From Methylotenera sp. (lineage in GTDB: Bacteria > Pseudomonadota > Gammaproteobacteria > Burkholderiales > Methylophilaceae): a stretch of 64,000 nucleotides of DNA. Positions 40,114 through 49,900 of this stretch are shown here, in pieces. Made by a program: the position numbers and the translations under genes. The stretch is taken from assembly GCA_043759515.1 (NCBI GenBank), contig JAYVLK010000010.1:28104-92103 (forward strand), read 5' to 3'. The notes below the pieces were generated by a model. The model did no database searches, was not told where the DNA came from, and was given only the letters and a program-made list of their open reading frames with translations. How positions within the stretch are numbered: position 1 is the stretch's first letter; every line of letters starts with the position of its first letter.

Positions 40114-40701
40114 TTAAAAAAGGCTAGTTTGCAAGCTTGTAGCCAAAATAGCCTTTTCACAAATCACAAAATCACCAACTTTTAATTTGCCACCTTTAAT
40201 AATCTTTGCGGTAACACCGCCATGCCCGCGCATAGCGTTGTAAGCACCCATGCCAAGGCTAGTTTCCATTTTAGAACACGGCTCGCACGCTCCTGTGATT
40301 TCTAATATAACTTCACCAATCATTAAATGCAAAGGTTGATCTTTAAATAAGCTTTTTGCTGCCAATAAATTAAGTCCAGACACAACCAAGTTACGCCGCA
40401 AAATAGCGGGATCAATTGGTTTATTCATTAAAGCAGAAATCACCGCAATATGTTCCGCTTGAATTAACGTGACTTGCCTATTAGAGCCTAATGGATTTTG
40501 CGAAACCGTCGAGGCAGATCGATCGCCCTGCAAGCCGCGCCCAGTAATGGCCGTGGCATGATCACTTTGAACAGCCATAACACCGCGTGCGGGGCGGCAA
40601 TAAATAGCTTGCAATAGGCCAGCTTGCGCAAATTGTGTGGTTAAATCGCGTAATGATTGAATAAACTTGCTATTTGAATTACTTGAATTAGGAGCTGTCA
40701 T
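40114..40701 (-). CDS. MOSC-domain protein
   Basis: GLQGDR, RQVTLI, LRRNLVV, CEPCSKM; start moved to the MTAP ATG. Confidence 0.88.
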   Translation of the reverse strand: MTAPNSSNSNSKFIQSLRDLTTQFAQAGLLQAIYCRPARGVMAVQSDHATAITGRGLQGDRSASTVSQNPLGSNRQVTLIQAEHIAVISALMNKPIDPAILRRNLVVSGLNLLAAKSLFKDQPLHLMIGEVILEITGACEPCSKMETSLGMGAYNAMRGHGGVTAKIIKGGKLKVGDFVICEKAILATSLQTSLF

Positions 40702-40731
40702 GTTACTTACTATTTTACAGAGTAAATGATT

Positions 40732-40884
40732 ATGCAAGAAACTAACGAAACTGATGCAAAATTAGATGTCATTGCTAACGAACTTAAAAGCATCAATAAA
40801 AACTTGCTCAACGTATTTTGGATAGTGGGCTTTTTTGCGTTTTTGTATTTTGGATTAATGATATATCTTTTATTCTTGCGATAG
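40732..40884 (+). CDS. Possible 50-aa single-TM protein
   Basis: MQETNETDAKLDVIANELKSINKNLLNVFWIVGFFAFLYFGLMIYLLFLR; not in the ORF track. Confidence 0.5.
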   Translation: MQETNETDAKLDVIANELKSINKNLLNVFWIVGFFAFLYFGLMIYLLFLR

Positions 40885-40952
40885 TTTCTTTACGTTAATC
40901 TGCATCAAACTTTTCACATTTCACTTTTCAAAGTCTGGCTTCACTCAAAACC

Positions 40953-42344
40953 ATGCTGCCATCCATCACCTTTTTAGATCTTGAAACCACGGGCGCCACG
41001 CCGCTACGTGATCGTATTACTGAGATAGCTTTGGTGCGCTTTGATAATGGCGTTGAAACTGCGCGCTGGCAAACGCTGGTTAATCCTGAGCAGCCGATTC
41101 CTGTATTTATTCAACAATTAACTTCAATAAATAATGAGATGGTGGCTAAAGCTCCACTTTTTAGCGAGGTTTCAGATACGCTATTAAGCTTTCTAGAAGG
41201 TAGCGTATTGGCTGCGCATAACGTGCGTTTTGATCATGGTTTTATTAAAGCTGAATTTAAGCGAATTGGCATTAGTTTGCGCCAAAAAGTGATTTGCACG
41301 GTTAAGTTATCGCGGCTACTTTACCCGCAACACAAAAGCCATGGGCTAAGTGCCATTATGCTTCGCCATAATCTAACCACCATTAGCCGCCATCGCGCCA
41401 TGGGCGATGTTGAAATGATGCTGGGTTTCATTGAATCTGCCAAGTTAGAGTTGGGCGATTCTGCCATATCAAATGCCGCCGCGCAATTGATGAATCAACC
41501 AAGTTTACCCACGCATTTAGATGCAAATTTGCTAGACGATATGCCTGAAACCCCTGGCGCTTACTTGTTTTACGGTGAAAACGACTTGCCGCTTTATATT
41601 GGCAAAAGCGTTAATATTCGCGCGCGCGTGTTAAGCCACTTTTCAAGGGACCACGCAAGCAATAAAGAAATGCGGTTTTCCCTTGAAGTTAAACATATTG
41701 AATGGATCACAACCGCGGGTGAATTTAGCGCGTTGTTGCTAGAATCGCGTTTAGTAAAAGAGCGCCAGCCAATCCACAACCGCCGCTTACGTAATGAGCG
41801 CCAGCTGTGTAGCTGGAAGTTAAACGAGAATCCACAAGCTAAAAATTTACTGGAGCTCGTATTAGAGCCACAAATAGAACCTGCGCAATTGGGCCAATTA
41901 TTTGGCTTATTTAAAACCAAACGCCAAGCAGTAGAAACTTTGCGTATGATTGCAATCGCACACCAGCTATGCCCGCGATATTTGGGTTTGGAGCCTGCAA
42001 AGGCGGGTGCGTGTTTTGCCAGCCAAATCAAACAATGCAAAGGCGTATGCTGTGGGCGCGAAACGCCTGAAATACACTATTTACGTGTGCAACAAGCTTT
42101 AATAGCGCATCGCTTAAAGACTTGGCCGCATAAAGGTAAAATTGGCATCCGTGAGCAAAGCCATGAAAATAATCAAATCCAAATGCATGTTTTTGAACAT
42201 TGGACCTATTTAGGCATGGTTGAAAATGACCAGGATTTAACCGAGATTATGCAAGCCAGGCATGAGTTTAAGTTTGATTTGGATACTTATAAACTATTAA
42301 TTAAAGTGTTGGGTAATGTTAAAACCAACATCATCAATCTTTAG
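40953..42344 (+). CDS. DEDDh exonuclease (DnaQ-like) fused to a GIY-YIG (Cho/UvrC-like) domain
   Basis: DLETTG, AHNVRFD, HRAMGD; PGAYLF..LYIGKSVNIRARV. Confidence 0.9.
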   Translation: MLPSITFLDLETTGATPLRDRITEIALVRFDNGVETARWQTLVNPEQPIPVFIQQLTSINNEMVAKAPLFSEVSDTLLSFLEGSVLAAHNVRFDHGFIKAEFKRIGISLRQKVICTVKLSRLLYPQHKSHGLSAIMLRHNLTTISRHRAMGDVEMMLGFIESAKLELGDSAISNAAAQLMNQPSLPTHLDANLLDDMPETPGAYLFYGENDLPLYIGKSVNIRARVLSHFSRDHASNKEMRFSLEVKHIEWITTAGEFSALLLESRLVKERQPIHNRRLRNERQLCSWKLNENPQAKNLLELVLEPQIEPAQLGQLFGLFKTKRQAVETLRMIAIAHQLCPRYLGLEPAKAGACFASQIKQCKGVCCGRETPEIHYLRVQQALIAHRLKTWPHKGKIGIREQSHENNQIQMHVFEHWTYLGMVENDQDLTEIMQARHEFKFDLDTYKLLIKVLGNVKTNIINL

Positions 42345-42464
42345 TTATAAACCGCAAAATTTGGCCAGTTTTTTATTCTAGCCAATTTTGATTTTGGTCT
42401 TGATTAAACCAGTAATAATCACCATGTTAATGCTTAATATTTTGTATTTGAAAAGAGAAAACCC

Positions 42465-43352
42465 ATGAAACGATTTTTGATGATAATGACCTTAGCACTA
42501 ACTTGTGTAAGTTTGAGTGTTCCAATGGCTGAAGCCAAACGTATGGGCGGTGGCAGCAGTTTTGGTAAAAGCCGCTCCATGCCGCAAAGGCAGGCGCCTG
42601 CTAGAGAAGCGCAAGCGCCTAGCAAACAAAATCAACCAGACAATACTGCCCAACCAGCATCAGGTGCCAGCCGTTTTATGGGTCCATTAGCGGGTTTGGC
42701 TATTGGTGCGGGTTTAGCCACCATGTTATCTGGCGGTGGATTAGGTGGTTTCGGTAGTGGCATGGGCTCAATGTTAATGATGCTATTGTTAGCGGGTGGC
42801 GTATTATTTTTATTCAAACAATACAAAAAATCACAACTTGCAAATAATCAATCTGGCCAAGCTAATTTTCAATATGCGGGTGGGTCGTCAAGCTATAACA
42901 ATGCGCAATCACACCAAAGACCGAGTTACAGTGGATCAGGTTACGGCGCTGGCAGCACACAAGCAAACGCGCAAAATATTCCTGCTGATTTCCCGCAAGA
43001 ATCATTTTTACGTAACGCTAAAGCCTCGTTTATTCGTTTGCAAGCGGCCAATGACGTTAAAGATCTAAATGATATTCGCCAATACACCACACCTGAGGTA
43101 TTTGCCGAAATTTCCATGCAATTGCAAGAGCGCGGTAATGCGGTGCAGTCAACCAATGTGATTAATATTCAAGCAGAGTTATTAGAAGTAGCCACCGAAA
43201 ATGATTACACAGTTGCCAGCGTGCGATTTACTGGTCAGTTGAGTGAAAATAACAATGCGCCAGACAATGTGGATGAGATTTGGCATATTCAAAAAGTTGC
43301 GCAAGATGAAAACGCGATTTGGTTATTGGCAGGCATTCAACAAGCAAATTAG
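42465..43352 (+). CDS. Tim44-domain protein
   Basis: AEAKRMGGGSSFG; FIRLQAA...ASVRFTG...WLLAGIQQ. Confidence 0.9.
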   Translation: MKRFLMIMTLALTCVSLSVPMAEAKRMGGGSSFGKSRSMPQRQAPAREAQAPSKQNQPDNTAQPASGASRFMGPLAGLAIGAGLATMLSGGGLGGFGSGMGSMLMMLLLAGGVLFLFKQYKKSQLANNQSGQANFQYAGGSSSYNNAQSHQRPSYSGSGYGAGSTQANAQNIPADFPQESFLRNAKASFIRLQAANDVKDLNDIRQYTTPEVFAEISMQLQERGNAVQSTNVINIQAELLEVATENDYTVASVRFTGQLSENNNAPDNVDEIWHIQKVAQDENAIWLLAGIQQAN

Positions 43353-43375
43353 CCAAGCTAAAAAAATGGTTTTGA

Positions 43376-43412
43376 AAATAATGCCCAACCTTTAAAAGGC
43401 TGGGCGTTATTT
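43376..43412 (+). terminator. Intrinsic terminator
   Basis: AAATAATGCCCAACC...GGCTGGGCGTTATTT. Confidence 0.6.
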
Positions 43413-43477
43413 TAGCAATGTACAAGCACAATAAGTCTTAATTCATCCATATTGCACCTTAGATAGTTTGGGCTGCA

Positions 43478-45391
43478 ATGTACAATACCCATATGGCGAA
43501 TCCACAAAGCTCACCTCAATTTCAACACCAAGCTCAAAACCAAGCTCAAAACCAAGCCCAGCAAACCCTACATCGCGTTTTTGGTTATTCTAGCTTTAGA
43601 GGCGAGCAGCAAGTTATTGTAGAACACATTGTGGCTGGTGGAGATGCGCTTGTGTTGATGCCCACAGGTGGCGGAAAATCCTTGTGTTATCAATTGCCTG
43701 CAATGTTGCGCTCAGGTGTTGCAATTGTGGTTTCACCACTTATTGCGTTAATGCAAGATCAAGTGGAGACATTGCAACAATTAGATGTAAAAGCGGCTTA
43801 TTTAAATTCTAGCCAAGACGCAGAACAATCGCGCAAAGTGAATGCATTATTAATGCAAGGCGAGCTGGATATTTTGTATGTAGCGCCTGAGCGATTATTG
43901 TTAAGTGGCTTTTTAGCGCAATTAGATGAAATTGAGCGGCATACTGGCATCGCACTTTTTGCTATTGATGAAGCGCACTGCGTATCAGAATGGGGACACG
44001 ATTTTAGGCCAGAATACCGCAAGCTAACCGTATTGCATGAGCGGTACCCCAGTGTGCCTAGAATCGCATTAACCGCCACCGCAGATGCCCCAACGCGAGC
44101 TGAAATTGTTGAGCGCTTAAAATTAGAAGATGCTCGCCAGTTTGTGGCTAGTTTCGATAGGCCTAATATCCGTTATCGCATTGGGCAAAAACAGCAAGCG
44201 CGCGAACAATTAGAGGCTTTTTTAGAGGCCGAACACGCTAACGATGCAGGTATTGTGTATTGTATATCGCGCAAAAAAGTAATCGATACAGCTAGTTGGC
44301 TAAAAGAGCGCGGTTGGGATGCGCTACCTTATCATGCGGGGCTAGATCCTAATGTAAGGAGTGAAAACCAACGCCGATTTTTACGAGATGAGGGCGTGAT
44401 TATTGTTGCAACTGTGGCATTTGGCATGGGCATCGATAAGCCAAACGTAAAATTTGTGGCGCATTTAGATTTGCCAAAAAGTATGGAAGGCTATTATCAA
44501 GAAACTGGCCGTGCAGGGCGCGATGGTTTGCCTGCAAATGCTTGGATGGTTTACGGTTTGGGCGATGTAGTGAGCATGCGTCAAATGCTTGATAGTGGCG
44601 ATGCCCCAGAAGCGCGAAAGCTGGTTGAACGACAAAAACTAGATGCACTACTTGGCTTTTGCGAATCGACCAACTGCCGCCATCAGACGATTTTGCGCTA
44701 TTTTGGCGAAAGCCACGCTGGTAATTGTGGCCAATGCGACAACTGCTTAAGCCCAGTAGACACATGGGATGCAAGTCATGCCGCACAATTAGCCTTGTCC
44801 GCGGTTTATCGCACTGGTCAACGGTTTGGCGTGGTGCATTTAATTGATGTATTGCTAGGCAAAATGAATGTAAAGGTAACGCAATTTAGTCACCAAAATT
44901 TGAACGTATTTGGCTTAGGCAAAAATGTAGCGCAAGCGCAATGGAGCAGCGTTTTCAGGCAATTAGTAACAGGTGGATATTTAGAAAGTGATCTTCAAGC
45001 GCATGGCGGCTTAAAGCTTACGCAGACTGCCCGCCCCATATTAAAAGGTGTAGAAGAAATATGGTTAAGGCGTGATATTGAAGTTGTTCGCGTTAAAAAT
45101 AAATCTAATGTGAGCCGCGCCCAAAAAAGCGCAACAGCTAAATCTGCCTACAGTGAACTTGCGCACGATGCGCTATGGCAGTTATTGAAAGATAAACGTT
45201 TGGAAATAGCCAAAGAAAATAGCGTACCGCCTTATGTGATCTTTCACGATAGTACTTTGTTAGAGATTCATAATAGCCGCCCACAAAGTTTAAGCCAATT
45301 TAGCCAGATTACGGGCATAGGGCAAGCCAAATTAGAGCGCTACGGAGAACTATTTTTGCAAGTACTTGAAGAGTATTCATCAAATAATTAG
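43478..45391 (+). CDS. recQ: ATP-dependent DNA helicase RecQ
   Basis: [30 protein letters not shown] Cys cluster, HRDC domain. Confidence 0.97.
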   Translation: MYNTHMANPQSSPQFQHQAQNQAQNQAQQTLHRVFGYSSFRGEQQVIVEHIVAGGDALVLMPTGGGKSLCYQLPAMLRSGVAIVVSPLIALMQDQVETLQQLDVKAAYLNSSQDAEQSRKVNALLMQGELDILYVAPERLLLSGFLAQLDEIERHTGIALFAIDEAHCVSEWGHDFRPEYRKLTVLHERYPSVPRIALTATADAPTRAEIVERLKLEDARQFVASFDRPNIRYRIGQKQQAREQLEAFLEAEHANDAGIVYCISRKKVIDTASWLKERGWDALPYHAGLDPNVRSENQRRFLRDEGVIIVATVAFGMGIDKPNVKFVAHLDLPKSMEGYYQETGRAGRDGLPANAWMVYGLGDVVSMRQMLDSGDAPEARKLVERQKLDALLGFCESTNCRHQTILRYFGESHAGNCGQCDNCLSPVDTWDASHAAQLALSAVYRTGQRFGVVHLIDVLLGKMNVKVTQFSHQNLNVFGLGKNVAQAQWSSVFRQLVTGGYLESDLQAHGGLKLTQTARPILKGVEEIWLRRDIEVVRVKNKSNVSRAQKSATAKSAYSELAHDALWQLLKDKRLEIAKENSVPPYVIFHDSTLLEIHNSRPQSLSQFSQITGIGQAKLERYGELFLQVLEEYSSNN

Positions 45392-45395
45392 ACGT

Positions 45396-45430
45396 AAAAA
45401 AACCAGCCAATTATAAGCGGCTGGTTTTTT
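45396..45430. terminator. Bidirectional terminator
   Basis: AAAAAAACCAGC...GCTGGTTTTTT. Confidence 0.75.
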
Positions 45431-45480
45431 ATGGTTTCTAGCCAATTGATTAATGTAAAACCAAATTGAACAGGCTTTTG

Positions 45481-45690
45481 TTAATCAGTTTTATCTTCAA
45501 TTCTGTCACCAATAGCTTCAGCTCTATCGCCCGCTTCTTCAGCAGCGTTTTCCATTTTATCACCCATATTTTCGGCCGCTCTATCCATGTCTTCACCTAC
45601 TCTTTCAGCCGAGTCGTTGCGATCACAAGCTGTAAAGGTGACCGTAATGAAACAAATAATTGCCAATTTTGCTAAAAAATTAGATGTCAT
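45481..45690 (-). CDS. Small acidic lipoprotein (LEA/CsbD-like repeats)
   Basis: Lipobox FTAC; AAGGAG Shine-Dalgarno; 11-residue-like repeats. Confidence 0.8.
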   Translation of the reverse strand: MTSNFLAKLAIICFITVTFTACDRNDSAERVGEDMDRAAENMGDKMENAAEEAGDRAEAIGDRIEDKTD

Positions 45691-45771
45691 TTTTGCACTC
45701 CTTTTGCATAATTAATACATTATTTTATGAAATTGGCTACTTTTAAGGCAGCAGAATAAACCTGAAACAGT

Positions 45772-45789
45772 TGTCAGAGAAAGATTACA
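45772..45789. promoter_or_regulatory. GacA-box-like site TGTCAG-AGAAAG-ATTACA
   Basis: One mismatch per arm; upstream of the small lipoprotein gene. Confidence 0.45.
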
Positions 45790-45863
45790 GTTTGAATTGA
45801 TATATTTACTGGAATGTAAAACATTGTCTGATTTACTATAGACTTAATATTTTTAAAACAAAT

Positions 45864-45940
45864 TGGTGCGCCCGGCGGGAGTCGAACCCACGACCTTTGG
45901 CTTCGGAAACCAACACTCTATCCAGCTGAGCTACGGGCGC
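45864..45940 (-). tRNA. tRNA-Arg(CCG)
   Basis: GCGCCCGTAGCTCAGCTGGATAGAG...TTGGT-TTCCGAA-GCCAA...GGTTCGACTCC...CGGGCGCACCA. Confidence 0.97.
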
Positions 45941-46130
45941 AACTTGCTTTCAGTTTACAAAAGTACAACATTGAGCATTATAGCAAAATTGAATCAACCT
46001 AAGTCATGACATGCTTTAGGCTAATTCATATAAAAAGAGGCTGAAGGCTTTTAACAATTGTCATCTAAAGGTATAATTTTGCTAACAAATTTATAAAGAC
46101 TTATTTTTATCATTTATAGGATCAATAGTA

Positions 46131-46691
46131 ATGGCAAATCACGATAATCACGCTCAAACTACAATCAAAGGACCAGGTAGAGGCCCAGCAATAGTTGCTG
46201 CAATTGGCGCTTTAGCGGGTGTTGCATTGTTAGTCTCATTATTTATGCCTGCAAAAAAAGATGATGCTCAAATGGCTGCACCTGCTCCCGTTGCTGCTGC
46301 TGACACAGCACAAATCGTTGCACCAGTAGCAACTGTTGAAGTGGAACAAGCTGCAATTGTTAAAGTAAGTTTAAGTGGTGAAGAAGTGGTTAAAAATGGT
46401 TGTGCCATGTGTCACGCTGCAGGTTTAATGAACGCGCCTAAAATTGGCGATAAAGCCCAATGGGAACCGCGTATTGCGCAAGGTTATGAAACCATTGTTA
46501 AGCATGCAATCGAAGGTATTCGCACTATGCCTGCGCGCGGTGGTAATCCAGCCTTAACTGATTTAGAAATGGCAAGAGCGGTTGTTAATATGGCAAACGC
46601 ATCTGGCGCTACTTTTGAGGAGCCTAAAGAAGAAGCTGCAGAAGCCGCACCAGTTGAAGCTGCACCTGCAGAAACGACACCAGCAACTTAA
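46131..46691 (+). CDS. Cytochrome c5 family, membrane-anchored
   Basis: CAMCH; APKIGD; MPARGG. Confidence 0.92.
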   Translation: MANHDNHAQTTIKGPGRGPAIVAAIGALAGVALLVSLFMPAKKDDAQMAAPAPVAAADTAQIVAPVATVEVEQAAIVKVSLSGEEVVKNGCAMCHAAGLMNAPKIGDKAQWEPRIAQGYETIVKHAIEGIRTMPARGGNPALTDLEMARAVVNMANASGATFEEPKEEAAEAAPVEAAPAETTPAT

Positions 46692-46702
46692 GCTTGAGCA
46701 TT

Positions 46703-46737
46703 TAAAAAAACCGCTTAATTTTTAAGCGGTTTTTTTA
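46703..46737 (+). terminator. Intrinsic terminator
   Basis: AAAAAAACCGCTTAA...TTAAGCGGTTTTTTT. Confidence 0.8.
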
Positions 46738-46846
46738 TACCCAAAGTATTTTAAGCTTAAAATGTATGAATCAAACAAGTACAAAAGATTGCTCTAAATT
46801 ATCATAAGAGCCAAAAAACCAAGCAAAGAAAGCAACTCAATTAAAT

Positions 46847-47680
46847 ATGGCAAGCTATGCAATAGGCGATATTCAAGGCTGTTATCATGCTTTTACGGCT
46901 TTATTAACACGGCTTAATTTTAATAAAGATTCAGATAATTTGTGGCTTGTTGGCGATATCATCAATCGCGGAACAGGTTCTTTGGAGATGTTGCGCTGGT
47001 GTTATGCCAATCAAAAAAATTGCATGCTTGTGTTAGGTAATCACGATTTACATGCACTGGCAGTTGCGCACGGGCTTAAACGCGAGCATAAGAGTGATAC
47101 ACTGCAAGCCCTATTACATGCGCCTGACAGGCATGCTCTTTTAAGCTGGTTACGCAATCAGCCCTTAATGCATGTTGCAAATGACACAAATGGCAATAAA
47201 CATGCAATGGTTCACGCGGGTTTATTGCCGCAATGGACAATTGAGCAAGCGTATGGTTATGCGCAAGAAGTAGAAACAGCTTTGCAAGGTGAACATTATT
47301 TGGATTTTTTAACCAATATGTATGGCAACTTACCTGCTGTTTGGCATGATGATTTAATAGGAATGGATAGGCTACGCGTGATCACAAATGCGATGACGCG
47401 ATTGCGTATTTGCACACCAGAAGGTGAGTTAGACTTATCGTTTAAAGGTGAGATTGCCGAAATGCCAGCTGGTTATACTGCCTGGTTAGATGCGCCCAAT
47501 AGGCGATCACAAAACGTGCCTATTGTATGTGGGCATTGGTCAGCACTTGGTTTAGTACAGCGTAATAATGTGACAACTCTTGATACGGGCTGTTTGTGGG
47601 GCGGTGAATTAACCGCGCTGTGCTTAGAGAGCCGAGCGATTACACAAGTGGATTTTGATGCACGCGATAACGTTGCTTAG
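46847..47680 (+). CDS. apaH: Symmetrical diadenosine tetraphosphatase
   Basis: IGDIQGC, GDIINRG, LGNHD, GHWSALG, LDTGCLWGG. Confidence 0.95.
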   Translation: MASYAIGDIQGCYHAFTALLTRLNFNKDSDNLWLVGDIINRGTGSLEMLRWCYANQKNCMLVLGNHDLHALAVAHGLKREHKSDTLQALLHAPDRHALLSWLRNQPLMHVANDTNGNKHAMVHAGLLPQWTIEQAYGYAQEVETALQGEHYLDFLTNMYGNLPAVWHDDLIGMDRLRVITNAMTRLRICTPEGELDLSFKGEIAEMPAGYTAWLDAPNRRSQNVPIVCGHWSALGLVQRNNVTTLDTGCLWGGELTALCLESRAITQVDFDARDNVA

Positions 47681-47681
47681 C

Positions 47682-48437
47682 CTAATTAGATCCAGCTAGC
47701 TTAGTAACAATAGCATCATAAGCAGTTTGGGTTAATTGTCGCCTTGTTTGATCTGCAGTGACGATTGGCTCTAAAAAATGCAATTCAACAACGGGGTTTT
47801 TTATATTTAATATTGCAACTATCGATTGCAGCATCGTCGTTTCGCCCGCATAAGCCATTTGCGTATTTAAGCTCGCATCGGCATTTACATACCGAACCGC
47901 TACTGGCCAAATAAGCGCTTTAGCATCTATAGCGGCTTGTATAATGCTACTTTTAAATGGCAATACCTGCTGTCCATCGCTAGTCGTACCTTCGGGAAAA
48001 AAACACAGATTATCTCCATCTTTTAAACTCGCGCTACAAACATCGACAATTTTTCCTGCTGCTTGTAAATCGTCTCTATTGATAAATAAGGTGTTTGCTT
48101 GCGTGGCTAAATAGCCAAAAATTGGCCATTCTTTGACGTCAGATTTTGAAATAAACCGTAAGGCTACAACGCTATTAAGGGCATGTATATCAGACCAAGA
48201 AACGTGGTTGGACACAAATAACATACCTTGCGCCGTGCTTGATGGTGGCTTGCCAAAAGTTTTTACTTGAATATTAAATGCACTTAATAAACCACTACAC
48301 CACCATTTAATTAAATAAGATTTAGTGCTTTTTTGCACAAACGGCAAAATCAATGCCGCTAAGATCAAGCCAGTGATGGTGTGAACGACAATGCGAAACT
48401 TTCGATATGTTTTAATTAAATAAGGGGTTTGATGCAA
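47682..48437 (-). CDS. olsA: Lyso-ornithine lipid O-acyltransferase (PlsC family)
   Basis: NHVSWSD, FFPEGTTS; immediately downstream of olsB. Confidence 0.8.
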   Translation of the reverse strand: MHQTPYLIKTYRKFRIVVHTITGLILAALILPFVQKSTKSYLIKWWCSGLLSAFNIQVKTFGKPPSSTAQGMLFVSNHVSWSDIHALNSVVALRFISKSDVKEWPIFGYLATQANTLFINRDDLQAAGKIVDVCSASLKDGDNLCFFPEGTTSDGQQVLPFKSSIIQAAIDAKALIWPVAVRYVNADASLNTQMAYAGETTMLQSIVAILNIKNPVVELHFLEPIVTADQTRRQLTQTAYDAIVTKLAGSN

Positions 48438-48438
48438 A

Positions 48439-49185
48439 TTATTTCAAGAAATGCGTGGCATATCTGCTATTTATTTTAGATAACGATAACATTACCAGCA
48501 TATCAGCTGTATTGAAATAGGCATCCCACGCTGGTTCGCCACAAATATAAGCGCCTAAGCGTATATAGCCTTTTATTAAAGTAGGGCAAACCACTTGCAT
48601 GTCTTTATTTAGTGCATGAATTGGCAACGGGTTACGCGGATACACGCGGTATTGCGATGGCGCTAAATAGTCATCTTTAAGCTTATGGTAAAGCGATGTA
48701 GCCATATGCCCGCCGTCATGCATTGGCACGCTACCGCAACCAATCATATATTCGTAATTATGTGTTTGCATGTATTTTGCCAAACCTGACCAAAGCATCG
48801 TAATAGTGCCGCCATTACGATAATTTTGATGCACGCAAGCGCGACCAACTTCTACAGTGCTACTAAATAAATGAGATAACCGAGTTAGATCAAATTCGCC
48901 AGCGCTGTAATAACCGCCTGCTTGGTTCGCTTTATGCGGGCTTAAAATGCGATAAGTTCCAATGACTTGGTTGCCAACACTTTCGCGCACCAGTAAATGC
49001 TCGCAATACTCATCAAATCCATCAATATCTAAGCCGCCCGTGCCAGTGAGTTGCGCGCCCATCTCTTCACCAAAAACCTTATAGCGTAAGCGTTGCGCTT
49101 CGGCAACTTCAGATGGATTTCTAGCCAAGCTAATCGTTAAGCGTTTTTGTGGGTATTCTTGATTATTTCTAAGCTGAGTAAAAAT
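48439..49185 (-). CDS. olsB: Ornithine lipid N-acyltransferase (GNAT family)
   Basis: AQRLRYKVF, DGFDEYCEHL, GTYRIL, VEVGRACVH, LIKGYIRLGA. Frame extended 19 codons above TTG 49128 to an ATT preceded by an AAGGAG Shine-Dalgarno. Confidence 0.85.
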   Translation of the reverse strand: MFTQLRNNQEYPQKRLTISLARNPSEVAEAQRLRYKVFGEEMGAQLTGTGGLDIDGFDEYCEHLLVRESVGNQVIGTYRILSPHKANQAGGYYSAGEFDLTRLSHLFSSTVEVGRACVHQNYRNGGTITMLWSGLAKYMQTHNYEYMIGCGSVPMHDGGHMATSLYHKLKDDYLAPSQYRVYPRNPLPIHALNKDMQVVCPTLIKGYIRLGAYICGEPAWDAYFNTADMLVMLSLSKINSRYATHFLK

Positions 49186-49210
49186 GATATCTCTCCTTTA
49201 TGTAGAAGAG

Positions 49211-49266
49211 ATGATAAATTTTTAATGTGAAATTTGCATGAAGTTAGTGTGACCAAACAATGACAG
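49211..49266 (-). promoter_or_regulatory. PhoB-type promoter: four Pho-box units plus -10
   Basis: CTGTCAT-tgtt-TGGTCAC-acta-ACTTCAT-gcaa-ATTTCAC-N10-TATCAT. Confidence 0.75.
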
Positions 49267-49362
49267 TTAATTTGTCATCTGTCTGGCACACGATTTTTAA
49301 AGTGAATACTATTCGCTAGAACTAATAATGAGTTGGTATAAAATTTTGACGCAAGCTAAAAG

Positions 49363-49818
49363 TTAATGACTTACGCGAGAAGTATCACTATTTTCAACGA
49401 TGCGCACTTTTTCACCTGGTTTAAACTGCTCGTCAGCCTCCTGCACAATAGCAACTAAGCCGCCGCCATCTAACTTAACAGTAATTTCTACACCGTCTTT
49501 GCGTGTAATAGCTTCTTCAGAAAAAGCGCCTGCTAAGCCACCGACTAATGCGCCAATGATGGCAGTAACTGCGCTTGTACGACCGCCGCTGCCAACTGAT
49601 CCACCTGCAATACCACCAATAGCGCCACCAGCAATCGTGCCAATAGGCGTTTTAGTGCCTTCAAGTTTTACAGTGCGTACACTTTCTACCACACCAGTTT
49701 TAACCGTTTGCACTTTACGTGCATCATCACGCTTATAAACACTGCCAGAATTAGAGCTAGCACATGCAGTTACAACAACAGATAACACGGCAATTAATAA
49801 CAATTTAACCAATTTCAT
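49363..49818 (-). CDS. slyB: SlyB-like glycine-zipper outer-membrane lipoprotein
   Basis: Lipobox VTAC; GAIGGIAGGSVG; GVEITVKLDGG. Confidence 0.85.
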   Translation of the reverse strand: MKLVKLLLIAVLSVVVTACASSNSGSVYKRDDARKVQTVKTGVVESVRTVKLEGTKTPIGTIAGGAIGGIAGGSVGSGGRTSAVTAIIGALVGGLAGAFSEEAITRKDGVEITVKLDGGGLVAIVQEADEQFKPGEKVRIVENSDTSRVSH

Positions 49819-49900
49819 TTAGCGCTCCTAACAACCTTACAATTGATTTATTTCAAATACTTGGGTTTTATTCTTGATGATTTTGTACTAATCATCATTT

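Noticed and set aside
45864-45940. tRNA-Arg as the integration site of the stress island
   Set aside because: No integrase or duplicated tRNA 3' end is seen, and housekeeping genes (recQ, Tim44) lie between the tRNA and the island.
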